A stretch of 30,664 bases of DNA from Bacillota bacterium (GTDB taxonomy: Bacteria; Bacillota; Clostridia; Christensenellales; Aristaeellaceae), in NCBI GenBank assembly GCA_023458835.1, contig JAEWWY010000585.1:1-30664 (forward strand). The letters run 5' to 3'. The notes beneath the pieces were generated by a model. It was given only the letters and a program-made list of their open reading frames with translations. It did not search any database and was not told where the DNA came from. Position 1 is the stretch's first letter, and each line of letters starts with the position of its first letter. This document shows, piece after piece, positions 1 through 8,965 of this stretch. The position numbers and the translations under genes are program-made.

Positions 1-1378
1 CGATCTCAATGGCCCCGCCTGGGGTGTTCATCTGGCCGCTGATGGCGATGCGCAGCGGCCACAATACCGCGCCGTTCTTCTTGCCGCTCTCCGTAATAGC
101 AGCCATCACGGCATCGTGGATGGAGGCCTCCGTCCAGTCGCCGACCGCTTCCAGCACAGGCTTCATCATCTGCAGCGCGTCCAGAGAAACGGGTATATCC
201 GTTTTCATCTTCTTATGCGTGTAAATCTCCAGGTCGTACTCCGGCAAATCAGCCAGGAACCGCACCATGTCCGGCACGCGGTTGAAGACCTCGGTGCGCC
301 CCTGCATCAACTCCGCCAGGCGGCGGTAATCCATGCCCTTTCCGGATAGAACCTGATCGAACCACGGGGTGACCAGCCTCACATACTCCTCAAAGTCCAT
401 CTTGCGGATGTACTCGCTGTTGAACCAGGTGAGCTTCTCCATGTTGAAGATGGCAGGCGCCTTGTTGAGCCCTTTCAGATCGAAGACCTCCACCAGCTCC
501 TCCAGGGTGAAAAACTCCCTGTCATCCCCCGGGCTCCAGCCCAGCAGGGCGATGAAATTGATGGCAGCCTCCCTCACATACCCCATGGCCAGCAGATCCT
601 CAAAGGAGGGGTCGCCATGGCGCTTGGAAAGCTTGCGGGTGGCATCCTTCATCACCACGGGCAGGTGTACGTAGGTGGGCTTCTCCCAGCCGAAAGCATC
701 ATACAGCAGGTTATACTTGGGCGTGGAGGATAAATACTCCGTACCCCGCATCACATGGGTGATGTCCATCAGGTGATCATCGATCACATTGGCAAAGTTG
801 TAGGTGGGCAGCCCATCCGCCTTGATGAGTACATTGTCATCCAGCATTTCGCAGGCAGCCTCCACATGGCCGAACAGCGCGTCCTCAAAGGAGGCGGTAC
901 CGGTCAGCGGAATGTTCTGGCGGATGACGTACGGCTCGCCGGACGCCATGCGGGCCGTTGCTTCCTCCCGGCTCAGGTGCAAACATTTTTTGTCATATTT
1001 GAAGGTTTCGCCCCTGGCTTGGGCGGCTGCCCGGCGCTCGTCAATCTCTTCCTTGGTGCAAAAGCAGGGGTATGCCGCCCCCTTCTCCACCAACTCCACG
1101 GCATAGGGCAGGTACAGATGCTTGCGCTGGGTCTGGATGTATGGGCCATAATCGCCGCCCACATCCGGCCCCTCGTCATAGTAGAGCCCCGCCGCCCGCA
1201 TGGACTTATAGATCAATTCCACCGCGCCGGGAATCTCCCGCTCCTGGTCGGTATCCTCAATGCGCAGGATAAATGTGCCCTTGTTCTTTTTCGCATACAA
1301 GTATGCATAAAGCGCCGTTCTTAAGCCCCCCAGGTGCAAATATCCCGTGGGGCTGGGCGCAAACCGCGTACGAACCAT
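1..1378 (-). CDS. gltX: Glutamate--tRNA ligase (3' end lies outside the window)
   Basis: Not in the ORF track. Manual translation from ATG at 1378: MVRTRFAPSPTGYLHLGGLRTALYAYLYAKKNKGTFILRIEDTDQER (HIGH-like HLGG), CFC...YDKKCLH Zn motif, KLSKRHGD (KMSKS-like). SD AAAGGAGG at 1383-1390 (-). Confidence 0.97.
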   Translation of the reverse strand, partial: MVRTRFAPSPTGYLHLGGLRTALYAYLYAKKNKGTFILRIEDTDQEREIPGAVELIYKSMRAAGLYYDEGPDVGGDYGPYIQTQRKHLYLPYAVELVEKGAAYPCFCTKEEIDERRAAAQARGETFKYDKKCLHLSREEATARMASGEPYVIRQNIPLTGTASFEDALFGHVEAACEMLDDNVLIKADGLPTYNFANVIDDHLMDITHVMRGTEYLSSTPKYNLLYDAFGWEKPTYVHLPVVMKDATRKLSKRHGDPSFEDLLAMGYVREAAINFIALLGWSPGDDREFFTLEELVEVFDLKGLNKAPAIFNMEKLTWFNSEYIRKMDFEEYVRLVTPWFDQVLSGKGMDYRRLAELMQGRTEVFNRVPDMVRFLADLPEYDLEIYTHKKMKTDIPVSLDALQMMKPVLEAVGDWTEASIHDAVMAAITESGKKNGAVLWPLRIAISGQMNTPGGAIEI

Positions 1379-1393
1379 GGAGCCTCCTTTACC

Positions 1394-1560
1394 GCAGGGG
1401 CTCCGCCCCTGCACCCCGCCAAAGGATTTCATCCTTTGGAATCCTCTTTTTTATCTTCCGGCCATATTTCTTTTCAGCATCAGTGGCATGGAAGCAACTG
1501 ATGGGTTTCGCGTCTGCGGATGCGGCCGGGGCTATCCGGTCGCCCTGGGCCTTCGGATGC
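1394..1560. repeat. Cluster of short REP-like palindromes between glnS and gltX
   Basis: Perfect hairpins GCAGGGGC-tcc-GCCCCTGC (1394-1412) and CCAAAGGAT-ttc-ATCCTTTGG (1419-1439), CATCAGT...ACTGATG (1478-1503), and further imperfect GC stems to about 1560. Confidence 0.6.
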
Positions 1561-1566
1561 AAACTA

Positions 1567-3273
1567 CTACTTGCTGGCTTTCGCCCAACTGTCCTTCAAG
1601 CCGACGGCGCGATTGAAAACGGGCAGGCTTCCGGTGGAATCCGGGTCCTTGCAGAAGTAACCCATCCGCAAAAACTGGAAGGTGGCCCCTGTTTCGGCGG
1701 CAACCAGGGCCGGTTCCCCGAAGCCATGGGCGACGGTCAGGCTGTTCTTGTTCAGGCGGCTGATGAAATCCTTCTTGGCAGGGGCCTCGGTATCCTGCGC
1801 TTCATCGTCCTCGTCTTCCTGATCGTTTTCATCGGCCAAAAGCGGCTCGTAAAGCCTGGCTTCCATCGGTACGGCATCCGCGGCATTCACCCAGTGCAGC
1901 GTGCCTTTCACCTTGCGGGAAGCGCCCTCGCTGCCGCTGCGGCTGTCCATATCCACAGTGCAGCGCAGTTCAACAACATTTCCAGCCTCATCCTTTGTGC
2001 ATTCGTCGCAGCGGATGATATACGCACCCTTCAAACGCACCTCGCCGCCGGGGAAAAGCCTGAAGAACTTTTTCACCGGCTCTTCCATAAAGTCTTCCTG
2101 CTCAATATACAATTCCCGGCCAAAGGTTACCTGCCGGGTGCCCATCTCGGGATGCTCCGGATGGTTCTCCATTTCAATGCTGTCCGTCTTCCCTTCCGGC
2201 CAGTTTGTAAGCACTACCTTCAAGGGATTCAACACAGCCATGACCCTTGCGGCCTTCGCCCCCAGGTCCTCCCGCACGCAGTGCTCCAGGAAGGCAAAAT
2301 CCACTATGCTGTTGGCCTTGTTCACGCCCACCCGGTCAATGAAATCCCGGATGGCGGCGGGAGTGTAGCCCCGGCGGCGCATGGCGCACAGGGTAGGCAT
2401 TCTGGGATCGTCCCAGCCGGTCACATACCCTTCCTCCACCAGCCTGCGCAGATACCGCTTGCTCATGATGGTGCGGGTAATGTTCAGCCTGGCAAACTCA
2501 ATCTGCCGGGGCTTTGAAGGCAGCATGTGGGCGGATTTTTCCACTACCCAATCATACAGGGGCCGGTGGTCCTCATACTCCAGGGAACACAGGGAATGGG
2601 TCACGCTCTCCAACGCGTCGCCAATGGGATGGGCGTAATCGTACATGGGATAGATGCACCAGGTTTTCCCTGTGCGGTGATGCTCCTTATATAGGATCCG
2701 GTACATGGCAGGGTCTCGCATGTTGATGTTGGGAGAAGCCATATTGATCTTTGCCCGAAGCACATACCTGCCTTCCGGAAATTCCCCTGCCCGCATGCGG
2801 CGGAACAGGTCAAGGCTTTCCTCCGCCGGGCGGTCACGCCAAGGGGAGTTCTTGCCGGGGGACGTCAGCGTGCCCCGGTATTCCCGCATCTGCTCCTGGG
2901 TGAGCTCATCCACATAGGCCAGATCGCGCTTGATCCAATCCTCCGCGATCTCGTAGCATTTTTCATAATAGTCGCTGGCAAAATAGAGCCCGCCGGTCCA
3001 GTCGAAGCCCAGCCAATGGATATCCTCCATGATGCCTTCGACATATTCCGTTTCTTCCTTGGCGGGATTGGTATCGTCAAAGCGCAGGTTGCATAGCCCG
3101 CCGTATTTTTCCGCCGTGCCGAAATCCGCCACCAGTGCCTTGCAGTGGCCGATGTGAAGGTAACCGTTGGGTTCGGGAGGGAAACGGGTGTGCACGCGCT
3201 GGTAACGGCCTACCGCCAGGTCTTGGTCGATGGCGTCCCAGATAAAATTGGATCGTGCCGCTTCGGTTTCCAT
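1567..3273 (-). CDS. glnS: Glutamine--tRNA ligase
   Basis: 568 aa; TRFPPEPNGYLHIGH, LRFDDTNP, IYPMYDYAH, THSLCSLEY, MSKR, WDDPRMPT, GGEVRLKGAY, FQFLRMGYF are GlnRS hallmarks. SD GGGAGG upstream. Confidence 0.97.
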   Translation of the reverse strand: METEAARSNFIWDAIDQDLAVGRYQRVHTRFPPEPNGYLHIGHCKALVADFGTAEKYGGLCNLRFDDTNPAKEETEYVEGIMEDIHWLGFDWTGGLYFASDYYEKCYEIAEDWIKRDLAYVDELTQEQMREYRGTLTSPGKNSPWRDRPAEESLDLFRRMRAGEFPEGRYVLRAKINMASPNINMRDPAMYRILYKEHHRTGKTWCIYPMYDYAHPIGDALESVTHSLCSLEYEDHRPLYDWVVEKSAHMLPSKPRQIEFARLNITRTIMSKRYLRRLVEEGYVTGWDDPRMPTLCAMRRRGYTPAAIRDFIDRVGVNKANSIVDFAFLEHCVREDLGAKAARVMAVLNPLKVVLTNWPEGKTDSIEMENHPEHPEMGTRQVTFGRELYIEQEDFMEEPVKKFFRLFPGGEVRLKGAYIIRCDECTKDEAGNVVELRCTVDMDSRSGSEGASRKVKGTLHWVNAADAVPMEARLYEPLLADENDQEDEDDEAQDTEAPAKKDFISRLNKNSLTVAHGFGEPALVAAETGATFQFLRMGYFCKDPDSTGSLPVFNRAVGLKDSWAKASK

Positions 3274-3339
3274 AAAACTACCTCCCGTTTTTCAAAGTTG
3301 TTCTTTGTTTGTTTTTCCACAAAACTGGTGGATTGCATC

Positions 3340-3368
3340 ATTATATCCGCAGTTGCCTCAAATTACAA
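3340..3368 (-). promoter_or_regulatory. sigmaA-type promoter for glnS-gltX
   Basis: Minus strand TTGTAA-17 bp-TATAAT. Confidence 0.7.
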
Positions 3369-3520
3369 GACAAGCCGGCATGTTTTCTCCCAAATAAGCG
3401 CTTATCCTATTCCTTTCCTTTCCCTTCCAATCTTTTTCAGGCTGCTTCCCTGCCGATGATATTTGTCTCACAATATGCGTTTACGCTGAACATGTCAAAT
3501 TGTAAAGGAGGATAAATTGC

Positions 3521-4990
3521 ATGAAAAAGCTTCTGTCCCTGCTCCTTATCCTGGCGCTGGTCCTGAGCCTTGCTGCCGCCTTCGCGGAAGGCACCGCCGC
3601 GGCCCCCAAGTATGTGTTCATGTTCATCGGCGATGGCCAGGGTTCCCCGCAGATCACGGCCGCCCAATACTACGTGGGCACGCTTCAAAATCCCGAGGCC
3701 ACCATGCCCACCCCGGCCGAGCTTTCCTTCACCGGCTTTAGCACGCTGGGCCTGATCACCACTTACGACGCCACCTCCTTCTGCCCCGACTCCGCCTCCA
3801 CCGCCACTTCCATGGCCAGCGGTGAAAAGACGCTGTCCGGCGTCCTTAACTACAATGTGGACAAGACCGAATCCTTTAAGCTTATCACCGAATATGCCAA
3901 GGAAGCCGGCAAAAAGGTTGGCGTCATCACCAGCGTATCCCTGGACCACGCCACCCCCGCCGCTTACTACGCCAAGGCAGTAAGCCGCAGCCAGTATTAT
4001 GACATCGCGGTGCAGGGCCTTGCCGGCACCACGCTGGATTTCCTGGGCGGCGGTTCCTTCCTCCAGCCCAAGGGCAAGGACGGCGACCAGAAGGACCTGA
4101 TGGACGTCGCAGCGGAAAACGGCTGGACCGTGGTCCGCAAGGCCGGTGATATCCGCGCTCTTACAAAGGACAGCGGCCGTGTGCTGGCCATGGTCGATGA
4201 TGTGGACGGCGCCCAGGCCATGCAGTATGAAATCGACCGCCTGCATAAAACCGCCAATGGGGAAGACTCCCTATCCCTGGCCGAAATGGTAAAGGCCGGC
4301 ATCACAGTCCTGGATAGCGGGAACGGCTTCTTCCTGATGACCGAAGGCGGCAAGATCGACTGGACCTGCCATGCCAACGACGCCATCACCTCCATCTATG
4401 ACACCATCGCCTTCTCAGAAGCGGTACAGGCAGCCATCGACTTCGCGGCTGAGCATCCTGAAGAGACGCTCATCATCATCACCGGCGACCACGAGACCGG
4501 CGGTATGACCATCGGCTTCGCGGCCACGGCCTATGACACCCACTTCAACTATTTGCAAAACGCCAAGGTCTCCTACCAGGAATTTGACGCTGTCATCGCC
4601 GATATGCGGGCCAACAAGGTTGCCTTTGAAGAGGCCCTGAAGACCATCGAAGCGTACTATGGCTTGACCGCCACCCCGGAACAGCCCCTGACCCTCACCG
4701 AAGCGGATCTGAACGCCCTGAAGGCCGCCTTCGAACTGAGCATGACCGAGAAGGGCGACCGCAAGCTGGGCGATGCGGAAGCGCTGGCCTATGGCGGCTA
4801 TGAACCCCTGTCCGTTACCGTCACCCACATCTTCAACAACAAGGCCGGTATCGCCTACACCTCCTATGCCCATACCGGCTTGCAGATTCCCGTCTACGCC
4901 GCCGGCTCAGGCGCTTCCCTCTTCGGCGGCCAGTATGACAATACCCAGATCTTCTTCAAGACCATGGAAGCCATGGGCCTGAAAAAGTAA
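3521..4990 (+). CDS. phoA: Secreted alkaline phosphatase (PhoA family)
   Basis: Signal peptide MKKLLSLLLILALVLSLAAAFA; motifs FIGDGQG, DSASTAT (catalytic Ser), HATPAAYYA..SR, EGGKIDWTCHAND, TGDHETGG, HTG. SD AAAGGAGG. Confidence 0.93.
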   Translation: MKKLLSLLLILALVLSLAAAFAEGTAAAPKYVFMFIGDGQGSPQITAAQYYVGTLQNPEATMPTPAELSFTGFSTLGLITTYDATSFCPDSASTATSMASGEKTLSGVLNYNVDKTESFKLITEYAKEAGKKVGVITSVSLDHATPAAYYAKAVSRSQYYDIAVQGLAGTTLDFLGGGSFLQPKGKDGDQKDLMDVAAENGWTVVRKAGDIRALTKDSGRVLAMVDDVDGAQAMQYEIDRLHKTANGEDSLSLAEMVKAGITVLDSGNGFFLMTEGGKIDWTCHANDAITSIYDTIAFSEAVQAAIDFAAEHPEETLIIITGDHETGGMTIGFAATAYDTHFNYLQNAKVSYQEFDAVIADMRANKVAFEEALKTIEAYYGLTATPEQPLTLTEADLNALKAAFELSMTEKGDRKLGDAEALAYGGYEPLSVTVTHIFNNKAGIAYTSYAHTGLQIPVYAAGSGASLFGGQYDNTQIFFKTMEAMGLKK

Positions 4991-5007
4991 GAAGCCCTCC
5001 CCCTGTT

Positions 5008-5053
5008 GAAGGGGCCGGCCCTGCAGGAGCGGTTTCCCGGGGCCGGCCTCTTC
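5008..5053 (+). terminator. GC-rich hairpin between phoA and yibE/F (terminator or mRNA-stabilising stem)
   Basis: GAAGGGGCCGGCCC (5008-5021) pairs with GGGCCGGCCTCTTC (5040-5053) with one G-U; the U-rich stretch is offset downstream. Confidence 0.5.
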
Positions 5054-5092
5054 CCTTGTCCAAATTATTTTTTCACAGAAAGGACGCGCAGC

Positions 5093-6277
5093 ATGAGCAT
5101 CCTGTCGTCACTTTCAAAAAAACACGGCCCCTCCTATGATCTTCCGGTTCTACCGCCCAAAAAAGACAGGCGGCGCAACTGGATCTTCTGCACCGTAATG
5201 GGGCTCTTGTGCATCGGGTTATACTTTGTGCCTACCCCCTTCCCCGAAAGGGTGCCTGCCAACGCCACCCGGGAGAAGGTACGCATCCTGTCGGTGGACA
5301 ACAGCCGGTTGGCGCCGCTGGGCCTGGTATATTCCGGTACCCAGGAAGCCGAAATTGAAGTTCAGACGGGCCCGCTAAAGGGCGCCATGCTGATGGCTGT
5401 CAACCATCTGAACTCCTCCTTGGACAGGGACAAGCTGTTTACCCCCGGCGATACGGCGCTGTGCATCGTTCATACAGAAGGCGGCAAAGCCACCTACGCC
5501 ACCCTTATTGACCATTACCACATGGATGTGCAGGGCTTTTTGTTCCTGCTGTTTTTTCTGTTCCTGATTCTTTTCGGCGGCGTTTCCGGGTTCGGCACCT
5601 TCGTATCGCTGGCAGCCAGCATCCTTGTGATATGGAAAATACTGATTCCGCTACTGCTGCTGGGCTGGCCGCCCATCCTGTCCGCCCTGCTGGTAGTGCT
5701 TCTATTGTCGGCCGTCATCATGTACCTGGTGGGAGGGCTTACCAAAATGGCTACCGTGGCGCTGCTGGGCTCCCTCTTGGGTACGGGGCTTACCTGCCTT
5801 CTGGCGGTGGTCTTCGGCAACGCACTGAAGCTGGACGGCGGAGACATCCCCTATGTGGTACCGCTGCTAAGCCAGGCGGGATTACGGCTTGACATCAAGG
5901 ACCTGTTTTTCAGCATGGTCTTTCTGGGCAGCTCCGGCGCGCTGATGGATCTGGCCATGGATATGTCCGCAGCCGTCCACGAAGTGCTTCTGCACCATCC
6001 GGATATCACCAGGGCAGAGCTGGTCAGGAGCGGCTTTCGGGTAGGCCGCAGCGTAACGGGTACCATGACCACCACGCTGATGCTGGCCTATTCGGGAAGC
6101 TATCTTTCCTTGCTGATGTATTTCGCTGGCCAGGGTACACCGGTGACCGACCTGATCAACTATAAGTTCATTGCCACCCAGATCCTCAATACCTTGGTGG
6201 GCACCTTTGGGCTGGTGACGGTCGCACCCTTCACCGCGGTCGTGGCCGGCATCCTGTATGTACCGCGCAGCAAATAA
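5093..6277 (+). CDS. YibE/F family multi-pass membrane protein
   Basis: Start moved to ATG 5093 (SD AGAAAGGA). N-terminal TM, soluble beta-rich domain, several TMs; motifs GALMDLAMDMSAA, SGFRVGRSVTGTMTTTLMLAYSG, GTFGLVTVAPFT typical of YibE/F. Confidence 0.85.
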   Translation: MSILSSLSKKHGPSYDLPVLPPKKDRRRNWIFCTVMGLLCIGLYFVPTPFPERVPANATREKVRILSVDNSRLAPLGLVYSGTQEAEIEVQTGPLKGAMLMAVNHLNSSLDRDKLFTPGDTALCIVHTEGGKATYATLIDHYHMDVQGFLFLLFFLFLILFGGVSGFGTFVSLAASILVIWKILIPLLLLGWPPILSALLVVLLLSAVIMYLVGGLTKMATVALLGSLLGTGLTCLLAVVFGNALKLDGGDIPYVVPLLSQAGLRLDIKDLFFSMVFLGSSGALMDLAMDMSAAVHEVLLHHPDITRAELVRSGFRVGRSVTGTMTTTLMLAYSGSYLSLLMYFAGQGTPVTDLINYKFIATQILNTLVGTFGLVTVAPFTAVVAGILYVPRSK

Positions 6278-6364
6278 AGAGCAAAAAGGATGGTACCGGA
6301 TACAAGCAGCCTGTTTTCCGTATGTATTTTCGTTATGCGGAAAGTGTGCATCCCTTATGGCTCC

Positions 6365-6393
6365 TTGACAAGGCAGCCAAACATGGATACAAT
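6365..6393 (+). promoter_or_regulatory. sigmaA-type promoter for the AraC gene
   Basis: TTGACA (6365-6370)-17 bp-TACAAT (6388-6393). Confidence 0.8.
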
Positions 6394-6438
6394 GTTAAAA
6401 ATGGTAAGTAATCCGCCATGTTTGGAAGGATGAGGGAT

Positions 6439-7347
6439 ATGTCCGATTATTTTTTTGGGGATATGGAGGCGCTGCCGCCCATCACGCTGGCGGTGGAAGG
6501 CATTCATGAGCCCGATCCGCTGGCCCGTTCAAGCGGCGTATGGATCCATGCCGCCGGAAGCGTCATGCTTCAGCCGGGCAAATATCCTGCAGCATCCCGG
6601 TCCCAATGGCGCTGGGTGGCCGCCGACAGCGGCAAACTGGAGCTCACCTGGAACGAAGGCCATTCGCTGACCTTTGGGGAGGGAGAATGCTGTGCCATTC
6701 CCCCGGATACGGACAATGTGGTGATTTCCGCCACCGGGGAGGCGCGGATCCTCTGGCTGGCGCTGGACGGGCCGCTGGCGCCCACATTCCTGACCAGGCT
6801 GGGTGTGCTTTTGCACATGCCCATCAAGCAGGGCGCGCTACCCTCCCAACTGTACCTCACAAGGCAGATCGTGCAGGTAATCGTGCGGCACTCGGGCACC
6901 AGCGACGCTTCCTTTCAGCTTCAGCAGCTCATGTGGGGCATGCTGGCCTCCCATTCCGGCCAGCCGGTGGCTATGGACGCCATGCTGTCCCACGAGATCG
7001 CCAAGGTGGTGGATGCCCTTCGGGCCAACCAGTACAGGGACAACTTTTCCCTGGCGGATATGGCGGCCATTTCCCGCATGCCCATGGAAACCTTCCGCAA
7101 GCGGTTTGTGGCGGAGGTTGGCATGCCGCCCCTGGGCTATCTGCTGTTTTGCAAAATGGAACGGGCCAAGGCCCTTTTACAGAACCACTATTCCGTCAAG
7201 CAAGCCGGGGCGGAGGTGGGGATGCTGGATCCCTACCACTTCTCCAAGCAGTTCAAAAACATCGTGGGCATGAGCCCCTCCGCCTATGTCAAGCATGCGC
7301 TGGCGGACAAAGATAAAAAAGAACGCGGCAAAACCGCGAAAAGCTGA
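6439..7347 (+). CDS. AraC/XylS family transcriptional regulator
   Basis: C-terminal double HTH (SLADMAAISRMPMETFRKRF...GMPP...KMERAKALL...SVKQAGAEVGMLDPYHFSKQFKNIVGMSPSAY) and cupin-like N-terminus. ATG 6439 chosen because GGAAGG lies 9 nt upstream; ATG 6418 is possible. Confidence 0.9.
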   Translation: MSDYFFGDMEALPPITLAVEGIHEPDPLARSSGVWIHAAGSVMLQPGKYPAASRSQWRWVAADSGKLELTWNEGHSLTFGEGECCAIPPDTDNVVISATGEARILWLALDGPLAPTFLTRLGVLLHMPIKQGALPSQLYLTRQIVQVIVRHSGTSDASFQLQQLMWGMLASHSGQPVAMDAMLSHEIAKVVDALRANQYRDNFSLADMAAISRMPMETFRKRFVAEVGMPPLGYLLFCKMERAKALLQNHYSVKQAGAEVGMLDPYHFSKQFKNIVGMSPSAYVKHALADKDKKERGKTAKS

Positions 7348-7383
7348 TATGCACCACCCGGGGTATTTTGTTCCGGGTTATTC

Positions 7384-7413
7384 AAAAAAAGGACGCCCCC
7401 AGCGTCCTTTTTT
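7384..7413. terminator. Bidirectional intrinsic terminator between convergent AraC and GT2 genes
   Basis: A-tract, GGACGC stem, 5-nt loop, GCGTCC, T-tract (AAAAAAAGGACGC-cccca-GCGTCCTTTTTT). Confidence 0.85.
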
Positions 7414-7415
7414 GG

Positions 7416-8849
7416 CTATTTCACTCCCGCTTTGACAACCGGCACATCGCCGTCCTCCACGTCCGCGTCGGACAGCAGCTTTTGCCGGACAGGCAGGTGG
7501 AGCTCCTTCTTTTCAAGCCGCTTGATCTTGTGCTCGGTTTTGACCCACTGGCTCTGGCGGCGGTAACGGAACAGGCCCACGATCTGGGAGCAGGTGGCAA
7601 GCGCCACGTTCAGCACGAAGCTGATGGCCATTTTGGGCAACGTGCGCAGACGCATGGGCACCTTGTTATCCATCCAGTCCGCCAGGTAGAACAGCAAAAA
7701 GAAGCTGTAGAAGAGAATGACAATGGAGACCAGCGTAGATGCCCAACCGCCCTGTGCGGCCTCTGCCACGACCTTCATGGGGGCGTTGGCCTCAGCCATG
7801 GCCGCCACCGCCGTCCCGGCCTCCAACCCGTATTCCTCGATCCTGTCCATGATAAAAAAGATAAAGGAAGTGAGAAATTGAAACACGACGACCACATTGC
7901 AGGTGAGGCTGTACATGTATGTCAAAATTGAAACGGCCTCTTTGCCCGATATGCGCGATTGCCTCAGCGCCTGGAATACCTTTCTTGTGTTGCGAAGCGT
8001 TACAAACCAATGGCCCTGTGCCCAGCGGGTACGTTGGCGGTAGCTGGCCCAGGCGCTGGTGGGTTTTTCATCATACACGCGGACATTATGGTTCCATAAA
8101 ATCCGCTTCCCGTCAATGGTCGCCTCTACCTGGATTTCAAAATCCTCCGTCAGGGACATGGTGGTCCAGCCGCCGCGCCCGTACAGATATTTTGTGTCCA
8201 CCGCAAAGCCCGTGCCGCCGATGGTGCAGTTCAGCCCAAGGCGGTATTTGGACAATTGAAAGAAACGGTTGGTGATGGTATAGCTGGTGTAATAGAACCA
8301 GGCCACCAATCCTTTTTTGTTTTTGGAGCCAAGGTAGCACTGTATGAACTCCGGTCTATTTTCACTGATGTACTGGCTGTTGACCTCCAGGAACATATTG
8401 GGGTCAATCAGATTGTCCGCGTCAAAAATCATCAGCAGATCGTATTCATCCTGGTATCCCTCCAGTATGTTCAGCGCCTGATTGAGCGCAATGGGTTTGC
8501 CCGTGGGTGCATTGGGGGAAGCTTTTTTTAGCGATATCACATTGGCGCCCATCTGGCGGGCGACCTTCTCCGTCTGGTCTGTACAATTATCGGCGATGAT
8601 ATAGAAATCGTACAGTTCCTTGGGGTATTCCATATGCATCAGGTTATCGATAATATCAGGGATGACCGTCTCCTCATTATGAGCCGGCACCAATACCAAA
8701 AAGCGCATCTGGGGTGGATGATCCTGATACCCCTTCTCGCGGCGCTTAAAGCCGAAAATGCTCAAATACAGTTGATAAAACGCCAAAAGTGTAACAACAG
8801 CCCCGAAAAATGAGGTCATAATTCCCAGGATCATGCGTACCGTCTCCAC
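7416..8849 (-). CDS. Processive membrane GT2 glycosyltransferase (cellulose synthase/PgaC-IcaA-like)
   Basis: GTG start with SD GGGAGG; N-terminal TM, VPAHNEE, ADNCTD, FDADN (DxD), TED and QRTRW (QxxRW) motifs, C-terminal TMs. Confidence 0.9.
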   Translation of the reverse strand: METVRMILGIMTSFFGAVVTLLAFYQLYLSIFGFKRREKGYQDHPPQMRFLVLVPAHNEETVIPDIIDNLMHMEYPKELYDFYIIADNCTDQTEKVARQMGANVISLKKASPNAPTGKPIALNQALNILEGYQDEYDLLMIFDADNLIDPNMFLEVNSQYISENRPEFIQCYLGSKNKKGLVAWFYYTSYTITNRFFQLSKYRLGLNCTIGGTGFAVDTKYLYGRGGWTTMSLTEDFEIQVEATIDGKRILWNHNVRVYDEKPTSAWASYRQRTRWAQGHWFVTLRNTRKVFQALRQSRISGKEAVSILTYMYSLTCNVVVVFQFLTSFIFFIMDRIEEYGLEAGTAVAAMAEANAPMKVVAEAAQGGWASTLVSIVILFYSFFLLFYLADWMDNKVPMRLRTLPKMAISFVLNVALATCSQIVGLFRYRRQSQWVKTEHKIKRLEKKELHLPVRQKLLSDADVEDGDVPVVKAGVK

Positions 8850-8929
8850 AGTGTAACCTCCCCGGCCGCTAGGCGTATGCTTTTTGCGCCACGGCCTGCT
8901 TATGCAGCAAAGAAAGACGAATGCAACGT

Positions 8930-8958
8930 ATTAAACAATATTGCCCGCCTTTTGTCAA
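8930..8958 (-). promoter_or_regulatory. sigmaA-type promoter for the GT2 gene
   Basis: Minus strand TTGACA-17 bp-TTTAAT. Confidence 0.7.
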
Positions 8959-8965
8959 GTGCTTT

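Noticed and set aside
755..2517. Long plus-strand ORFs (755-1324, 1273-2517) opposite gltX/glnS
   Set aside because: Antisense shadows of GC-biased genes; no SD or recognisable motifs.
3274..3340. T-box riboswitch for glnS/gltX
   Set aside because: The leader is only about 60 nt and no GGTGGnACCGCG T-box motif is present here or between glnS and gltX.
3455..3505. Pho box upstream of phoA
   Set aside because: TTHACA-like half sites are degenerate and not spaced at 11 bp.
6279..6364. Imperfect nested stems after yibE/F as a riboswitch
   Set aside because: They lie upstream of the AraC promoter, so they are not in its leader, and they match no aptamer I recognise; probably a 3' end structure.
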